Assembly: GCA_964419275.1 (NCBI GenBank)
Contig: CAYQOY010000002.1
Coordinates: 6,568-70,567 of the forward strand
Origin: Candidatus Woesearchaeota archaeon
GTDB lineage: Archaea; Nanobdellota; Nanobdellia; Pacearchaeales; GW2011-AR1
Length of the DNA: 64,000 nt
Direction of reading: 5' to 3'
Under the pieces are notes generated by a model, which was given only the letters and a program-made list of their open reading frames with translations, searched no databases and was not told the origin of the DNA. Shown here in pieces: positions 63,625 through 64,000 of this stretch. Position 1 is the stretch's first letter, and each line of letters opens with the position of its first letter. Position numbers and translations under genes: made by a program.

Positions 63625-64000
63625 ATGGTTTCTAACTGGGTTCAATTTGCTGGACTTTGTAAAAAGCAAGGCTATTTGAAAAAAGACATAGACTTGTTTA
63701 GAAGAGCCAAGGAATTTGCGGAAAAATACTTGAAGCAAGCAAAAAGGCTTTCCGGGGAAAATCAAATCGATCATAATCTTGAGATTGGAAGAATTCTAGT
63801 GGAAAATAAACTCTTTGCAGAGGTTGTGGTTGCAGGACTTTTGTCAAAAATTGAAAGTTATGCTAAATATGAAGAAGTTGAAAAAGAGTTTGGAAAAGAA
63901 ATTGCAGACTTAGTTTTTGCGCAAGAATCAATAAATGAGGTAGAAAAGAAGAATAAATTTACGCAGGGTGAAGTTTTGAGAAAAATTCTTCTTTTAACAT
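63625..64000 (+). CDS. RelA/SpoT-like HD-domain protein, partial (runs off the window)
   Basis: DHNLEIGRIL...VVAGLLSKIE...EFGKEIADLV aligns with the SpoT hydrolase pattern (HPLEVA..L....AALLHDvvEDt...FG..va.lV). The HD dyad is replaced by SK. Confidence 0.5.
   Translation, partial: MVSNWVQFAGLCKKQGYLKKDIDLFRRAKEFAEKYLKQAKRLSGENQIDHNLEIGRILVENKLFAEVVVAGLLSKIESYAKYEEVEKEFGKEIADLVFAQESINEVEKKNKFTQGEVLRKILLLT

Noticed and set aside
1-64000. CRISPR arrays, rRNA genes, IS elements
   Set aside because: Scanning by eye found no regularly spaced direct repeats, no 16S/23S-like GC-rich blocks and no transposase-like ORFs in the track.

Overview
AT-rich (about 30% GC by eye) archaeal chromosome segment. 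Its gene content looks like a small-genome, DPANN-type (Woese-/Pace-/Nanoarchaeota-like) archaeon. Most of the window is densely packed core information-processing machinery. This includes TFB, TFE, an LSm protein, ribosomal proteins S3Ae, L44e, S8e and S17e, aIF-1A, aIF-2beta, tRNA splicing endonuclease and RNase Z. It also includes MCM, an RPA-like OB-fold protein, GINS, FtsZ, five aminoacyl-tRNA synthetases (Gly, Leu, Ala, Pro, Asp) and both amidotransferases (GatDE and GatCAB). I can fold eight intron-less tRNA genes by hand: Thr-UGU, Val-GAC, Leu-UAG, Arg-UCU, Cys-GCA, Met/Ile2-CAU, Arg-UCG and Asn-GUU. Many genes have a TTTATAAA-like box about 25 nt upstream of the ATG, which suggests leaderless mRNAs. 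Several genes are of bacterial type: LeuRS, a short AlaRS, MnmA and DisA. I saw no CRISPR array, rRNA operon, transposase or integrase. The parts that housekeeping biology does not explain are listed here. (1) A translationally coupled pair of very large secreted proteins (about 607 and 1761 aa); the first has a type IV pilin-like signal and the second has Cys-rich modules. (2) A roughly 210-nt GC-enriched structured intergenic element that I could not assign to an RNA family. (3) A tandem triplet of paralogous small proteins sharing a YY...LP-E-x-L module. (4) A lone metallophosphoesterase gene between two tRNAs, flanked by perfect palindromes. (5) A surface-protein gene with a start-less in-frame 5' extension. 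(6) A disA plus DHH/DHHA1 pair. (7) A minimal pyruvate-kinase-like ORF. (8) A membrane-anchored P-loop NTPase. (9) Extremely basic and extremely acidic micro-ORFs. (10) A 9-mer, TCTCGACGA, found in three intergenic regions. All functional calls come from reading motifs in the supplied translations; no database search was possible.
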